Shown here piece by piece: positions 1 to 10,055 of a DNA stretch of 64,000 nucleotides. The stretch covers positions 32,001 to 96,000 of the forward strand of contig CAWHXY010000007.1 of the NCBI GenBank assembly GCA_963833575.1. Direction: 5' to 3'. Made by a program: the position numbers and the translations under genes. Below the pieces are notes generated by a model. The model did no database searches, was not told the DNA's origin, and was given only the letters and a program-made list of their open reading frames with translations. The stretch's first letter is position 1; each line of letters begins with the position of its first letter. The stretch comes from Candidatus Bathyarchaeota archaeon (GTDB lineage Archaea > Thermoproteota > Bathyarchaeia > Bathyarchaeales > Bathycorpusculaceae).

Positions 1-1742
1 ATGCTGTAAAGAAGACTATTCCAATTGTCAATGTTAGAAGATCCTGAAAATTCAACCCCACAAGTCTGTTGTGTTGAAACTCGACTCGGCTGAACCACTG
101 CTGCAATGGCGGTCCAACTGGCAGTTTTAGAGGTACTCCATGTCATGGAGACTGAACCGCTTGTAACAGTTTTTTCGCTACCATATCCTTTGAAGTAGGA
201 GCCTCCGGTTGTGCTCCAGCGAGTTGTCTGCTGATCCGTGACTGTATAATCGTTACTGGTTCTGTAGGCGCTCATATGACCAAAGAGGATTTTGTTGTTA
301 GTGCCAGATGCTGTTAAGGTAGCTGATTGGCTTTGGCTAGATCCTTTGTTCACGCTGGCTGTTTGTAGGGGGTTTGTCTGGTCAACATTTGCATATGTTA
401 TCGAACCTCCGATTGCAGTAGTTGTGCCTGAAAAAGATACTGCGATGGTTTTGCTTCCTGAGGAGGGGTTTACTAAGTAGTAGAGGTAACTCAAAATTTG
501 TGGGTTTGTAGTGTATTGAACTGTTGTCGACTGAGTTAATGCTACTCCGCCATAGGTTATGCTCGATATAGTTTTTGGACTTCCGCCGCTATTGAATATG
601 TCTACTGTTACTATTAGGAGTCTACTATTTCCGTTTCCTGTTGTGTGTTGCCAACTCATCGAACTGGCTGGAGAAGTAAGGGCAATACTATTTTCAGAAT
701 CATAAGTTATTGTGTTATAAGAGGAGGAGTCGTAGCTCGCAAACTTCATTGAAACTCCGTCAGTTGCTGTCAAGTTTGATAGGCTTCCTGAAACAAGTGT
801 CGTTGAACCTAGCAAACTATAGCCTGTCGGATAATAATCTTGGGTTTGGCTCCCCGTGTTTGCTTCTGTCAAGGTATCAAATGTATTGTCTGGCGCTGAT
901 TGTTGAGCTGCAAAGTTGCTATGAGTACCGACATCTGATACACCGTCAACAGCCGAATTGTAGCTGACTACATAATTGTCATTTTCAACAAAACTACTAT
1001 TAAATGCTAATGTACCAGTGTATTGGCTAAAAGATGAAGCTGCAACAGTTATTCCTCTGCTATCTTGAACTTGAATAACGAAGCCTTGAGGGTTTATTCC
1101 AGATGGGATGTCAACAGTATATGTACCGTCGCTGGAAGAGAAGGGCTCATCTGGAGGATTTGCCATTGCCCAAGACATATTATTATTCTGATAGAGATAA
1201 AATTTGAAGTTGGACTTGCCTAATCCAACAACTGGGCTATTTTCATCTTGGGTTACTGTTAAGTATACTTGGTTGCTGGTGTGTGAAGGGGAAATTTGGA
1301 CATCAAGTCTGCAGGATGCTGAATAAGCTATGCCGCTTATTCCCAATCCCGGCAAGTCGTATGTTACGTTTAGGCTGCCTTCGCTGAAACTTTCATTTGT
1401 AAACCAGTAAGTGTTCAATGTAAGAGATGTAACGTTGAAAGACGCGGCCCATTCTGGTCTAATGTCAGCGGTGTTTTGTAAACCGCTGTCCAAGTAGTTT
1501 GTGGCAAGTGTCTGTGCATATGATGAATTACCGGTAACTTGTAAAACAGAGCCGTAATAGCCTACTGTGAAACCCAAAATCTGTTTCAGAGCCAAATTGG
1601 TTTGATCGACTGCACTCATGATTTGTGGTTGGCCTTGAACAGGGCTATATCTTATCGCAGAATACGTTGTCATAACTGAGGCTATTAGAACTACGGCAAC
1701 AAGCAAAGCAGCAATAATTGAAAACTGACCTCTATTGTTCAA
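1..1742 (-). CDS. Large pilin-like/adhesin protein with class III signal peptide (runs off the window edge, >580 aa)
   Basis: Not in the ORF track because it has no stop in the window. TTG at 1742 reads MNNRG|QFSIIAALLVAVVLIAS, a typical archaeal class III signal, followed by S/T/N-rich sequence. It is the last visible gene of the pilus operon. Confidence 0.75.
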   Translation of the reverse strand, partial: MNNRGQFSIIAALLVAVVLIASVMTTYSAIRYSPVQGQPQIMSAVDQTNLALKQILGFTVGYYGSVLQVTGNSSYAQTLATNYLDSGLQNTADIRPEWAASFNVTSLTLNTYWFTNESFSEGSLNVTYDLPGLGISGIAYSASCRLDVQISPSHTSNQVYLTVTQDENSPVVGLGKSNFKFYLYQNNNMSWAMANPPDEPFSSSDGTYTVDIPSGINPQGFVIQVQDSRGITVAASSFSQYTGTLAFNSSFVENDNYVVSYNSAVDGVSDVGTHSNFAAQQSAPDNTFDTLTEANTGSQTQDYYPTGYSLLGSTTLVSGSLSNLTATDGVSMKFASYDSSSYNTITYDSENSIALTSPASSMSWQHTTGNGNSRLLIVTVDIFNSGGSPKTISSITYGGVALTQSTTVQYTTNPQILSYLYYLVNPSSGSKTIAVSFSGTTTAIGGSITYANVDQTNPLQTASVNKGSSQSQSATLTASGTNNKILFGHMSAYRTSNDYTVTDQQTTRWSTTGGSYFKGYGSEKTVTSGSVSMTWSTSKTASWTAIAAVVQPSRVSTQQTCGVEFSGSSNIDNWNSLLYS

Positions 1743-1743
1743 T

Positions 1744-3087
1744 TTATGCCCCTCCAGCTAGTCCAAGCTCCAAGACAACTACACGTGAAGTTCCTGATGC
1801 CGTGTATTCTGATGGGTAGAGTCTAGGGTGATAATCGGACAATAAGCCCAATGCTGTGAGCCTGATGTCTGGAGTTCGCGTTAAACCTAACGCATAGAAT
1901 CCACCTTGGTATTGGGTTGTGTTACCTACTGTAATAGAATGCCGATAAATCGCGCCAGGGTTCCAAGTCCCTATTGTGTTAAAAACATAGGTTGTTATAT
2001 TCAGATGATAACTATTTTGAATAGACGTTGGCAAAGCCCTAGTCGAAGTCTGAGATTGTGATGGGTATATGCCATAATAGTTGCAGTCATCCAAGGCTTG
2101 AGTGGACAAGTTTACTATGCCTGGACTACCTGTAGTGCTATCACCATATGAATACGTTTGATTGTCTAACCCCTGAAGGAAGGCGTTTAATCCTGCCGCG
2201 CCGTCACCACCATTCCGGCCGATCATATTCATACCGTAAATACCCCAAGTGTTCTGACTGCTGGAAAACAAAGCATTATTGGACACGTAGTAAAATGGCC
2301 AGCCAACTATGCTTGTCCATGTCCAATTGTATTGCAAAGATCTTTGACCTATAGTGTAGGCATAACGTGTGTATGAATTGCTGGCAGAATCGTAACCTAC
2401 GCCTGTGCTCGCGTAATAACCAGACGGGATTGGAACGGCTTCTCCGCATGTGTTGACAATTACGGCGTTCTGAACTGATTCGCCTTGCAACGATGTTCCG
2501 TTTAGGATCTGTGCAAGCTGTGAAGTGTTCTGCACCATTACAGTTTTAACAAAATAAGGAGACAATAGATTGTAGAGGTCTTGCGCTAAGCTTTGTGATG
2601 TGTACCCAGTGATCCACCAACCGTTTGCATCGCTGCAATTCAAAATATATAATGTTCCACCATTACCATTTTCACCAATTTTTTCAGGTGAAACATTAAA
2701 AGTTACATTTGAAGAAGCAACTGTATATGTGGAAACATCAGAGGTAGCACCCAGGCTTTGCGCATTTGAGATATTAGCAACCGGCGTGAATAGTTGTCCA
2801 TTAGCAGTATTTACATCATAAACAGTCAGATTGTATAATATGTTTGGCGGTAGCGAAGCTGAAAGGGCAACCTGCAGACTACTCCAAGTTGTGGAATCGT
2901 TAGTTTCGAAGGCAGCATTGCTTAAATCATGATTTGAATCAAGCATCTGCAATGTTGTCAAGGATAGACGGTTAAGATTTATCGGTGAAACCTGTCTAGG
3001 CGCTGGTAAAACAGCAAAGTAGGATGCGCCTATGAAGGCACCAGTAATTATTATTATTACAAAAAGGACCTCTATTGTACGAATCAT
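1744..3087 (-). CDS. Pilin-like protein (type IV pilus accessory)
   Basis: N-terminus IRTIE plus hydrophobic helix (pilin-like E5), S/T/N-rich body, tightly packed in the operon. Confidence 0.7.
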   Translation of the reverse strand: MIRTIEVLFVIIIITGAFIGASYFAVLPAPRQVSPINLNRLSLTTLQMLDSNHDLSNAAFETNDSTTWSSLQVALSASLPPNILYNLTVYDVNTANGQLFTPVANISNAQSLGATSDVSTYTVASSNVTFNVSPEKIGENGNGGTLYILNCSDANGWWITGYTSQSLAQDLYNLLSPYFVKTVMVQNTSQLAQILNGTSLQGESVQNAVIVNTCGEAVPIPSGYYASTGVGYDSASNSYTRYAYTIGQRSLQYNWTWTSIVGWPFYYVSNNALFSSSQNTWGIYGMNMIGRNGGDGAAGLNAFLQGLDNQTYSYGDSTTGSPGIVNLSTQALDDCNYYGIYPSQSQTSTRALPTSIQNSYHLNITTYVFNTIGTWNPGAIYRHSITVGNTTQYQGGFYALGLTRTPDIRLTALGLLSDYHPRLYPSEYTASGTSRVVVLELGLAGGA

Positions 3088-4332
3088 TTAGGTAGTCACC
3101 TGGCTCCCGGTTGTATCCCACAACTCAAGTTTTACTTGATACGCAACACCGCCAATAGTTACTTGGCGTAAATCAGTTGTGACCCATTCTTGCCCCTGAG
3201 GATTGCCTCCGAAAGTTACTGGAAAAGCCAGCGAACTAATGCCCCAAGGCATTATTAATATGCCGCCTTGAGTGGGACTCAGTTGGTATGTAACTATCAA
3301 AATGCCAGTTGTGGTTGATGGTAAGAAAATATTTGGTGATGGATTACCAATTCCCGAGGTAACAGTACCCACTAAGCTCAGATTACCAGCTGCGCCAAGG
3401 GACAACTCGCTAAGCGTAAAATCCTGTTTTAGAATGACAAATGTGGCGTTGTATTTTAAGCTGGAGCCTTCTGGACCGGTGCTGTTGAGGTCAAAGTTAT
3501 GGGCTAATGCTATTTGTTGTGTAGCCATGTTTTGAACTAGTGGGACAACATATTGATCACTGCTTGAAGTGCGTGTATGATAGCCAACCCCTAGCACACC
3601 ATTCAAGTGTGCGTAGGCTACGAATGCGTAAATTTGGTTGGGATCTGTAATGCTTGAAAATGCTATGTTGGCTATGCCTTGTTGATCGGTTGTTACGGCT
3701 CCACTTTGTATAGTGTAAGCTGGATATTCAGCTTGTGACTGAGGCAGTTCAACCTGTATGAGACAATAGTTTATTGTCGCATAGGCAAATGGAAAACCTG
3801 TTCCAACAGCGCTTACTGTTAGATTCAATGGAGAGCTAGCTTGATTTTCAGTAATTGAAACTGTAATGTCTGGAGTGAACGATAATTGAAACCCATACGT
3901 GTTTTTTATTCCAAGGATTGTCAAAGCTGACGAGTAATTAAGAGCTTGATCAGCAGGTGTTAGCAGAAGACTTCCTGACCCTAAAGATTCATCATTGTAG
4001 TAGATGTTGGGGCTGGTTTTGTCACATTCCAACGTATTACCTGTTGAAGACTCCAACCGCATTATTGAAAAAGGACTTATTTGATACTGCGTAAACTCAG
4101 GATCTTGCACACCGAAACCTGTTACATCGGAATTGCTTTGTCCCCAGTTAGCTGGGATACCAGGGTTTAAGAGCATAGTATCTAAAAGGTCGCTAGTTTT
4201 CGTTGATAGTGCACGGTGGCGTTCGTAAACATTTGCAGTTTGGATGCTTTGGCTGAAAAGACCAATGAAAATTATTATGGCTCCGATAAACACTATGAGG
4301 GAAATCATATGGTCTATTGTTGCACTTGCCAT
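3088..4332 (-). CDS. Pilin-like protein
   Basis: Likely start ATG 4332 (MASATIDHMISLIVFIGAIIIF), hydrophobic N-terminal helix, operon context. Confidence 0.7.
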   Translation of the reverse strand: MASATIDHMISLIVFIGAIIIFIGLFSQSIQTANVYERHRALSTKTSDLLDTMLLNPGIPANWGQSNSDVTGFGVQDPEFTQYQISPFSIMRLESSTGNTLECDKTSPNIYYNDESLGSGSLLLTPADQALNYSSALTILGIKNTYGFQLSFTPDITVSITENQASSPLNLTVSAVGTGFPFAYATINYCLIQVELPQSQAEYPAYTIQSGAVTTDQQGIANIAFSSITDPNQIYAFVAYAHLNGVLGVGYHTRTSSSDQYVVPLVQNMATQQIALAHNFDLNSTGPEGSSLKYNATFVILKQDFTLSELSLGAAGNLSLVGTVTSGIGNPSPNIFLPSTTTGILIVTYQLSPTQGGILIMPWGISSLAFPVTFGGNPQGQEWVTTDLRQVTIGGVAYQVKLELWDTTGSQVTT

Positions 4333-4333
4333 G

Positions 4334-4810
4334 TTAAGTTCCTCCTTCAAATGATAACCAGATAGAATTGGAAGTTTTTGTGGCGTTAATTGACGAGACT
4401 AGAACGCTCTTAACAGTAGAGTTCTCTTGCCAAACTGCGTTTTCTCCTAATGTAACTAGTGTTGATGCTTGGTTGTTTGTGCCTGTCAGAGATAACGTTA
4501 AGTTCATTGTTCTTACTGAGCTGTTTGGGTTTGTGGCGTTATGTATTGTTATTGTATAGCCCTGATTCTCGATTAATGATGGTGTGTCCAAACTGGCTGT
4601 AAGGGTTCCGCTAGAAATTGATGCGTGATTCATAGTGTAGTATACTTGCTGGATTGAGCTGCCCATGTGCCCAGCAATTTCTTGGAGTTCGGTTACTTTT
4701 CGTTGATCAACCCAAACATTCATGATAGTGCTGGCTACTATCGGAAAAAGGAAAATCTGCATTATCAAGATGGGTATCATTATCATGTATTCAATAGTTA
4801 TGTTTGCCAT
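4334..4810 (-). CDS. Minor pilin-like protein
   Basis: MANITIEY plus hydrophobic helix, 158 aa, in the pilus operon. Confidence 0.7.
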   Translation of the reverse strand: MANITIEYMIMIPILIMQIFLFPIVASTIMNVWVDQRKVTELQEIAGHMGSSIQQVYYTMNHASISSGTLTASLDTPSLIENQGYTITIHNATNPNSSVRTMNLTLSLTGTNNQASTLVTLGENAVWQENSTVKSVLVSSINATKTSNSIWLSFEGGT

Positions 4811-4827
4811 TGTTTCCCTTCCATTTT

Positions 4828-5679
4828 CTACACCGAACCTATTGTCACGAGCACTGCGCCCATGTAAAATTCCACAACAGAATTTGGAGGTAGAGCAATA
4901 GTTACGTTATTTTGCTGAAAATTGAAAAAAGAAGAATCAAATCCAGCTGCTGTTTGAGGAAAATTGACGCTGATTCTGACTTGATCGACGCCGTTTTCCG
5001 TAACTTTTGTGATGCCATCTCCTGTCATCGCTAAAGATTGGGACAGGTAACGGCTAGTTCCATTCTCGAGAATTGGCAAATAAAACTTGAAGTAGCTTAC
5101 TTGATTTTGAGTTCCAGTTATTGTTGAATTAAGCATCCTTATTGTGGGAACGGCGGCAATTCGGGTGTAACTGCCATCTGCCATAGGTAATTTTTCTTCG
5201 CATATTACTTGGCTAACTGGTGCCGATGAACCAGACAATAAGATTGAGCTGTTTGCGGATGTTGGCACTCGCTCAAAATAGTTCTTGTTTACTGAGTAAG
5301 AGCTTACAGGCATGTTGAAGAGGATGATTCCTGTATCGCCAGTTGTTAGATTTCCCCAGGATCCTGTAGTATAATGAACTTGGAACGTATAATTAACTGC
5401 CAATGGTTCAAAATGCACAGATCCAAAGTTGCTTGAGTAAGTAACTGTCTGTGTTCTACCAATAGTCCACGCAATATCATCAATTTGTAGTCCAGCGCTT
5501 TGCATGAAATTCTTGTTAGAGCTAAATTCGTTCTGTGCCATATTTGTATTCAAGAAGCCATTTGCGAAGGCCATCGCCACTAAAATCAAAACAACGATAG
5601 CTGAAGTTAGTATCATGGTTGAAAGGGCGGGGCTCAATGCTTTCCTGTCTTTCCGTAAACTTACCTGTTTGGTCGTCAT
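4828..5679 (-). CDS. Archaeal pilin/archaellin-like protein with class III signal peptide
   Basis: RKDRKA|LSPALSTMILTSAIVVLILVAMAF is a canonical KA|LSP prepilin cleavage motif. Confidence 0.8.
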   Translation of the reverse strand: MTTKQVSLRKDRKALSPALSTMILTSAIVVLILVAMAFANGFLNTNMAQNEFSSNKNFMQSAGLQIDDIAWTIGRTQTVTYSSNFGSVHFEPLAVNYTFQVHYTTGSWGNLTTGDTGIILFNMPVSSYSVNKNYFERVPTSANSSILLSGSSAPVSQVICEEKLPMADGSYTRIAAVPTIRMLNSTITGTQNQVSYFKFYLPILENGTSRYLSQSLAMTGDGITKVTENGVDQVRISVNFPQTAAGFDSSFFNFQQNNVTIALPPNSVVEFYMGAVLVTIGSV

Positions 5680-5691
5680 TCTTGATCGAGC

Positions 5692-7431
5692 CTACCCTAG
5701 TTTAACGAACCGCGGAATTAGTTTCGCCGCAACTACTGCTATTACAACGAGGATTGCTGCGTGTTTGAATCCTGAAGCGATTGATTCATCACTTATTTTT
5801 CCAGCTACTATACCGATGATAAAGCTGTTGAAGATTGCTGACGTTACGAATATTGTTTGCATTAAGCCGGTACCTGCTGCTGTTGCCGTGCTTTGCACGC
5901 CTGTGTCAGTTGCACCAAAACCAGTGGTCAAACTCATCATCATTATGGTTGTTGCCACTAGCAAGATTGATGCTAAATAAGGCATCATGACGTAGGGGCG
6001 AACTGACATTTTCTTTTCTTTTTCAACATCCTGTGTTAAGCTGTTAAAGCGGGCCAATGACTCTATCATTGCAATTGTGCCGCCGCCGACATCTATGGTT
6101 TCAACCAAGAGGAACATTACGATCTGCACCATCCAACTGCGAGTTCGATGGAGAAAATCCATCATGACTTTTTTAATTGGAATACCCCACGAGATTTCGG
6201 CGCTGATCTTACGTAGCTCTGGGCTAAATGATCCATAGTCACGTTTTGATAGGCTTTCAATGCATTTTTCAGGTGATAATCCGGTTTTGCGTACTTCCGT
6301 GAGGTCTCTGAGGAAGTTTGAGACGCCTTGCTCCATGCTGTTTCTGACTTTTGAAAGTCTTATATGGACGATGGCTGCTGGTGCAGCGGTTATGCAAAGT
6401 GCGGTTGCTATTGCTATGGGTAAATCGACGCCCATTGCTTGCAGTTGCGTGAAGACAGGAAGCTTTGTTGCACCCATGAAATTTGTTAGGAGAAGGAATA
6501 CAACTACACCGATTATGCTGCATAAACCGAATACCTTGTAGGGACGCATTTCAGACTTTGGTGTTTTCGGCTGCATGCTGTGGGCTAGATAAATAAATAC
6601 CATTGATAGCATGGGCGTAAAAATGTAAGTATACATTAAAATTCCTGAATACTGCGACAAGCCAGCGTTTGCCGCTGTGGCTGCACTAGTTTGAATGTTG
6701 TTTACTGCGAAAAGTATGTAGAAACAAAGCGACATCATAACCATGACGATAATGAATGTTTCAAGCAACATACCGAGGCGTTCAGCCGCGGCTTTAACGC
6801 GGAGCGCTCGAGTCTTGAATATGTCTTCTGCTTTTCGCTCAAGAAAATGACCAATGTCACCACCAATAATAACTGTTGAGGCGTATCCTGACAAGAAATC
6901 TTTGAATATATCTAGTGGAGTTTTCTTTGCAGCAACTTCAAGAGCTGACAAAGGGTCGACTCCGAAGATTTCGACGTCTTTCATTATGTCTCTTGCTTCT
7001 TTCCGCATAGCTGGCATAAGATCTACTTCAGTGAGACGCTTGAAACTATTATATGGCGCAATGCCTCCTGAAGCCATGACGCTAATGTATGCTGCCGCGA
7101 AAGGCATTTCCCGCTCTAAACTTGTGGCTCTTTCGCCGGCATTATTCTTCGGCACCATTAGAAAACCAAATATTACAAAGAGCGGAACAGGAACTAAAAT
7201 AAGCAAAGGCAGAAAACCGGTAAATAATGCCAGAATTATCCCCAATGCTGATACTGGAAGCGTTAATATTGCGCAGAAAAACATTACTGAAACATAAGTC
7301 TCAGAGTAGATTCTTACTCTTCCCATTTCTAATGTGTTTTTTAGGGACTGGAAAGTGTTTTTTAAGAAAAATGGCGCGAAACGCCCAAAGAGGCGAAAAG
7401 ATAGCGCTTCAAATTTCTCAAGAAACGGCAA
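5692..7431 (-). CDS. Type IV pilus membrane platform protein (TadC/FlaJ/T2SSF family, two domains)
   Basis: Multiple TM helices, two T2SSF-like segments (EMPFAAAYISVMASGG; FLRDLTEVRKTGLS), directly downstream of the ATPase. Confidence 0.9.
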   Translation of the reverse strand: MPFLEKFEALSFRLFGRFAPFFLKNTFQSLKNTLEMGRVRIYSETYVSVMFFCAILTLPVSALGIILALFTGFLPLLILVPVPLFVIFGFLMVPKNNAGERATSLEREMPFAAAYISVMASGGIAPYNSFKRLTEVDLMPAMRKEARDIMKDVEIFGVDPLSALEVAAKKTPLDIFKDFLSGYASTVIIGGDIGHFLERKAEDIFKTRALRVKAAAERLGMLLETFIIVMVMMSLCFYILFAVNNIQTSAATAANAGLSQYSGILMYTYIFTPMLSMVFIYLAHSMQPKTPKSEMRPYKVFGLCSIIGVVVFLLLTNFMGATKLPVFTQLQAMGVDLPIAIATALCITAAPAAIVHIRLSKVRNSMEQGVSNFLRDLTEVRKTGLSPEKCIESLSKRDYGSFSPELRKISAEISWGIPIKKVMMDFLHRTRSWMVQIVMFLLVETIDVGGGTIAMIESLARFNSLTQDVEKEKKMSVRPYVMMPYLASILLVATTIMMMSLTTGFGATDTGVQSTATAAGTGLMQTIFVTSAIFNSFIIGIVAGKISDESIASGFKHAAILVVIAVVAAKLIPRFVKLG

Positions 7432-9121
7432 CTACTTTCTCCTCCTCACTCCCTTTGATCTTTTTATAGAATTCTTTTGGTTTAGCATAGTATTCTGCGA
7501 TTTCTGAGGCTACTTCTTTGTAGCTGCGGATTTTTTGCTCTCTCATCCAACGTAAAACGTCGGTGCGTCGCTTCATCTCGCTAACGAGTTGTTCTCTTGT
7601 TATGCCGCTTCGCTCGGAAATGTTTGTGAAAAGGAAACTGCTATCTATATCAATGATTTGTTGGTCTTTGATTGGGTCCCATTTGAAGGGGTTCATGAAT
7701 TTTTCTGAGTCCACAATTTCATTTACTGATAGGACGCGGCGGTATGCTCTTTTTTCGCCGTTTTTCACCAAGTGGACACGTTGAACGGACATTACAATGT
7801 TCATTAGTGGTATGTAAGCGGGTGAAATGTCCATTGGTTTCTGTGTTAGACGTCTGACTGCTGACTGAACATTTTCGGCGTGCATTGTGCACATGCCTCC
7901 GTGGCCTGTTGCTAGAGCTTGGAACAGAACGTATGCTTCTTGGCCTCGAACTTCGCCAACAATCATAAGGTCAGGGCGGTGTCTCATGCATGTTTTCACC
8001 AAGTCGAATAGCGCAACTTCGCCTACATTGCTACCGCCTAAGCCATAACTTTGTCTTGAAATGAGCGAAACCCAGTTTTCATGTGAAAGATTTAGCTCAG
8101 CGGTTTCTTCGATGGTCATGATTTTGCTACCTGGCTTGATTAAGCAACCTAAAGCGTTCAGAGCGGTTGTTTTTCCCGCGGCTGTTCCTCCGAGAACCAT
8201 AATTGAGGCCCGGTTTTCAAGGCAAATCCAGAGATAAGCCGCCATTTCCTCAGTGAAGGTGCCGATGTTGATTAGGTCAATAATTGAGTAAGGATCATCA
8301 CGGAACTTTCTAATGGTGAAAGCTGTGCCAAACGGTGTAATTTCGCGTCTATAAGCTACGGCAAGGCGATGTTTTCCTGGAAGGGAGGCGTCAACAATTG
8401 GGAAGGCGCTGCTAACGTGTTTGCCCGCCATGTGGACTAATTTGACCACAAGATTATCAAGAACTTCATCATTTTCAAACCGAACATTCGTCTCTATGCT
8501 TTCAAAAGTCCTATGCCATATGTACACTGACTTGTTTACCCCATCGCAGGAAATATCTTCAATGTTTGGGTCACGCATTAAAGGATCAATTATGCCGAAG
8601 CCAACCAAGTCGCGCTCTGCGTGGTATAAAATTTTGTACCATGAAACATCAGGTAACCAACCTAAGCTGATTCTGTATTTGTCCACTATTCTTTTTGCCG
8701 CTTGAGCGAAGAATTTTCTCGGATCAGCAATTTCTTCTTTTGGAGACTCGATTTCAGCGAGTAAGATTTCTAGAACGCGGTTGTATATCCCTCTTTCAAA
8801 TGTATCAAGTTGGAGCTCGTCAAGGATATACTTGTATTCGCCAGTTTTTGGTTCTTGGACAATTGCAACTTGGGCGAAGGGTTCATATAATGAGTATTTG
8901 TCAACAATTTTGGTTCCTTTTGGCAAGGCTTTAGCTACTGTTGGGAGCTCTTGTTCCGGTACTTTCTTCTTAAAACCCAGTTTTGGGAGTTTGAATCCTT
9001 TTTTAGTGGTTTTAGTGGTTTTTTGTTCTTCACTGGTCGTTTTTGGTTGTTTGTTGGTTTTTTTGGTTGGTTGCAGTTTTTTGATGGTTTGTTTCAGTTG
9101 TTTGAAGCTTTGGTTTGGCAT
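7418..9121 (-). CDS. Type II/IV secretion ATPase (VirB11/TadA/FlaI-like pilus assembly ATPase)
   Basis: Walker A GGTAAGKTT, RHRPDLMIVGEVRG, TGHGGMCTMHA, EDISCDG; Lys-rich N-terminal extension. Confidence 0.95.
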   Translation of the reverse strand: MPNQSFKQLKQTIKKLQPTKKTNKQPKTTSEEQKTTKTTKKGFKLPKLGFKKKVPEQELPTVAKALPKGTKIVDKYSLYEPFAQVAIVQEPKTGEYKYILDELQLDTFERGIYNRVLEILLAEIESPKEEIADPRKFFAQAAKRIVDKYRISLGWLPDVSWYKILYHAERDLVGFGIIDPLMRDPNIEDISCDGVNKSVYIWHRTFESIETNVRFENDEVLDNLVVKLVHMAGKHVSSAFPIVDASLPGKHRLAVAYRREITPFGTAFTIRKFRDDPYSIIDLINIGTFTEEMAAYLWICLENRASIMVLGGTAAGKTTALNALGCLIKPGSKIMTIEETAELNLSHENWVSLISRQSYGLGGSNVGEVALFDLVKTCMRHRPDLMIVGEVRGQEAYVLFQALATGHGGMCTMHAENVQSAVRRLTQKPMDISPAYIPLMNIVMSVQRVHLVKNGEKRAYRRVLSVNEIVDSEKFMNPFKWDPIKDQQIIDIDSSFLFTNISERSGITREQLVSEMKRRTDVLRWMREQKIRSYKEVASEIAEYYAKPKEFYKKIKGSEEEKVVAVS

Positions 9122-9309
9122 AGGTGGTCAGTATTTAGGATTCATTTTTACGCTTATTAAGTATTATGTCTTACTATATGTTAATGTTGATGTGTTTAAC
9201 ACAGATACAGCGAGCTAACCACAACGATAAACTTGCCAACAGTCATCAAAACAATTTTAAACCCACAAAACCATCCACATACACAAACGCACTAACGGAA
9301 GAAAAACAA

Positions 9310-10005
9310 TTGAACCAAACCTCAAAAATCATCAGTCAAGCAAAGAAAGAAGGAAGAAAAGCCCTCCTCGAACCTGAAGCCAAAACAATCTGCACAGAAT
9401 ACGGCATTCCCGTAACCAAGTTCAAAGTCGCATCCAACGCCAAAGAAGCAGCAAAGTACGCCGACGAAATCGGCTACCCAATTGTCCTAAAAATCATTTC
9501 CCCAGATATTATCCACAAATCAGATGCCGGAGGCGTAATAGTTAACTTGAAAACCGGGGCCGAAGTTACTACCGCATACAATAGAATTTTAAAAAATGTT
9601 AAAAAATTCAAAGCAGATGCAATAATTGTGGGAATTTTAGTGCAGGAAATGGCTCCAAATTCAACCGAAGTCATCGTGGGAGCAATTAAAGACCCTCAGT
9701 TTGGGCAAACGGTGATGTTTGGTTTAGGTGGAATATTTGTTGAAATCCTAAAAGATGTAAACTTTAGAATTGCGCCCCTTAGCATTGATGATGCAAAAGA
9801 AATGATTACTCAGCTTAAGGCTTATCCGCTTTTGAAAGGGTTCCGTAACACGCCGCCCGCAGACATTGATGCATTAGTCGGGATACTTTGCAGCACTTCG
9901 CGATTGGTTATGGATTACCCAGAAATCAAGGAGCTAGACTTGAACCCGGTGATATCATACCAGAAAGGTGCAAAAACAGTCGACGCAAGAATAATACTAG
10001 AATAA
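9310..10005 (+). CDS. Acetate/acyl-CoA ligase (ADP-forming) beta subunit, ATP-grasp
   Basis: LLEPEAK, GYPIVLKIISPDIIHKSDAGGV, DPQFGQTVMFGLGG, ELDLNP. Start probably TTG 9310 rather than 9166. Confidence 0.9.
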   Translation: MNQTSKIISQAKKEGRKALLEPEAKTICTEYGIPVTKFKVASNAKEAAKYADEIGYPIVLKIISPDIIHKSDAGGVIVNLKTGAEVTTAYNRILKNVKKFKADAIIVGILVQEMAPNSTEVIVGAIKDPQFGQTVMFGLGGIFVEILKDVNFRIAPLSIDDAKEMITQLKAYPLLKGFRNTPPADIDALVGILCSTSRLVMDYPEIKELDLNPVISYQKGAKTVDARIILE

Positions 10006-10055
10006 AAAAACGTACAATTTTTATTTTTAAAACAAGAAAAAGAAAACAAAAGAAG

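Noticed and set aside
8940-9121. Low-complexity T/G-rich repeat-like stretch
   Set aside because: Explained by the Lys/Thr/Gln-rich N-terminal extension of the pilus ATPase.
292-9218. Many plus-strand ORFs opposite the pilus operon (and similar antisense ORFs across the window)
   Set aside because: Shadow ORFs overlapping well-supported genes on the other strand, with no motifs.
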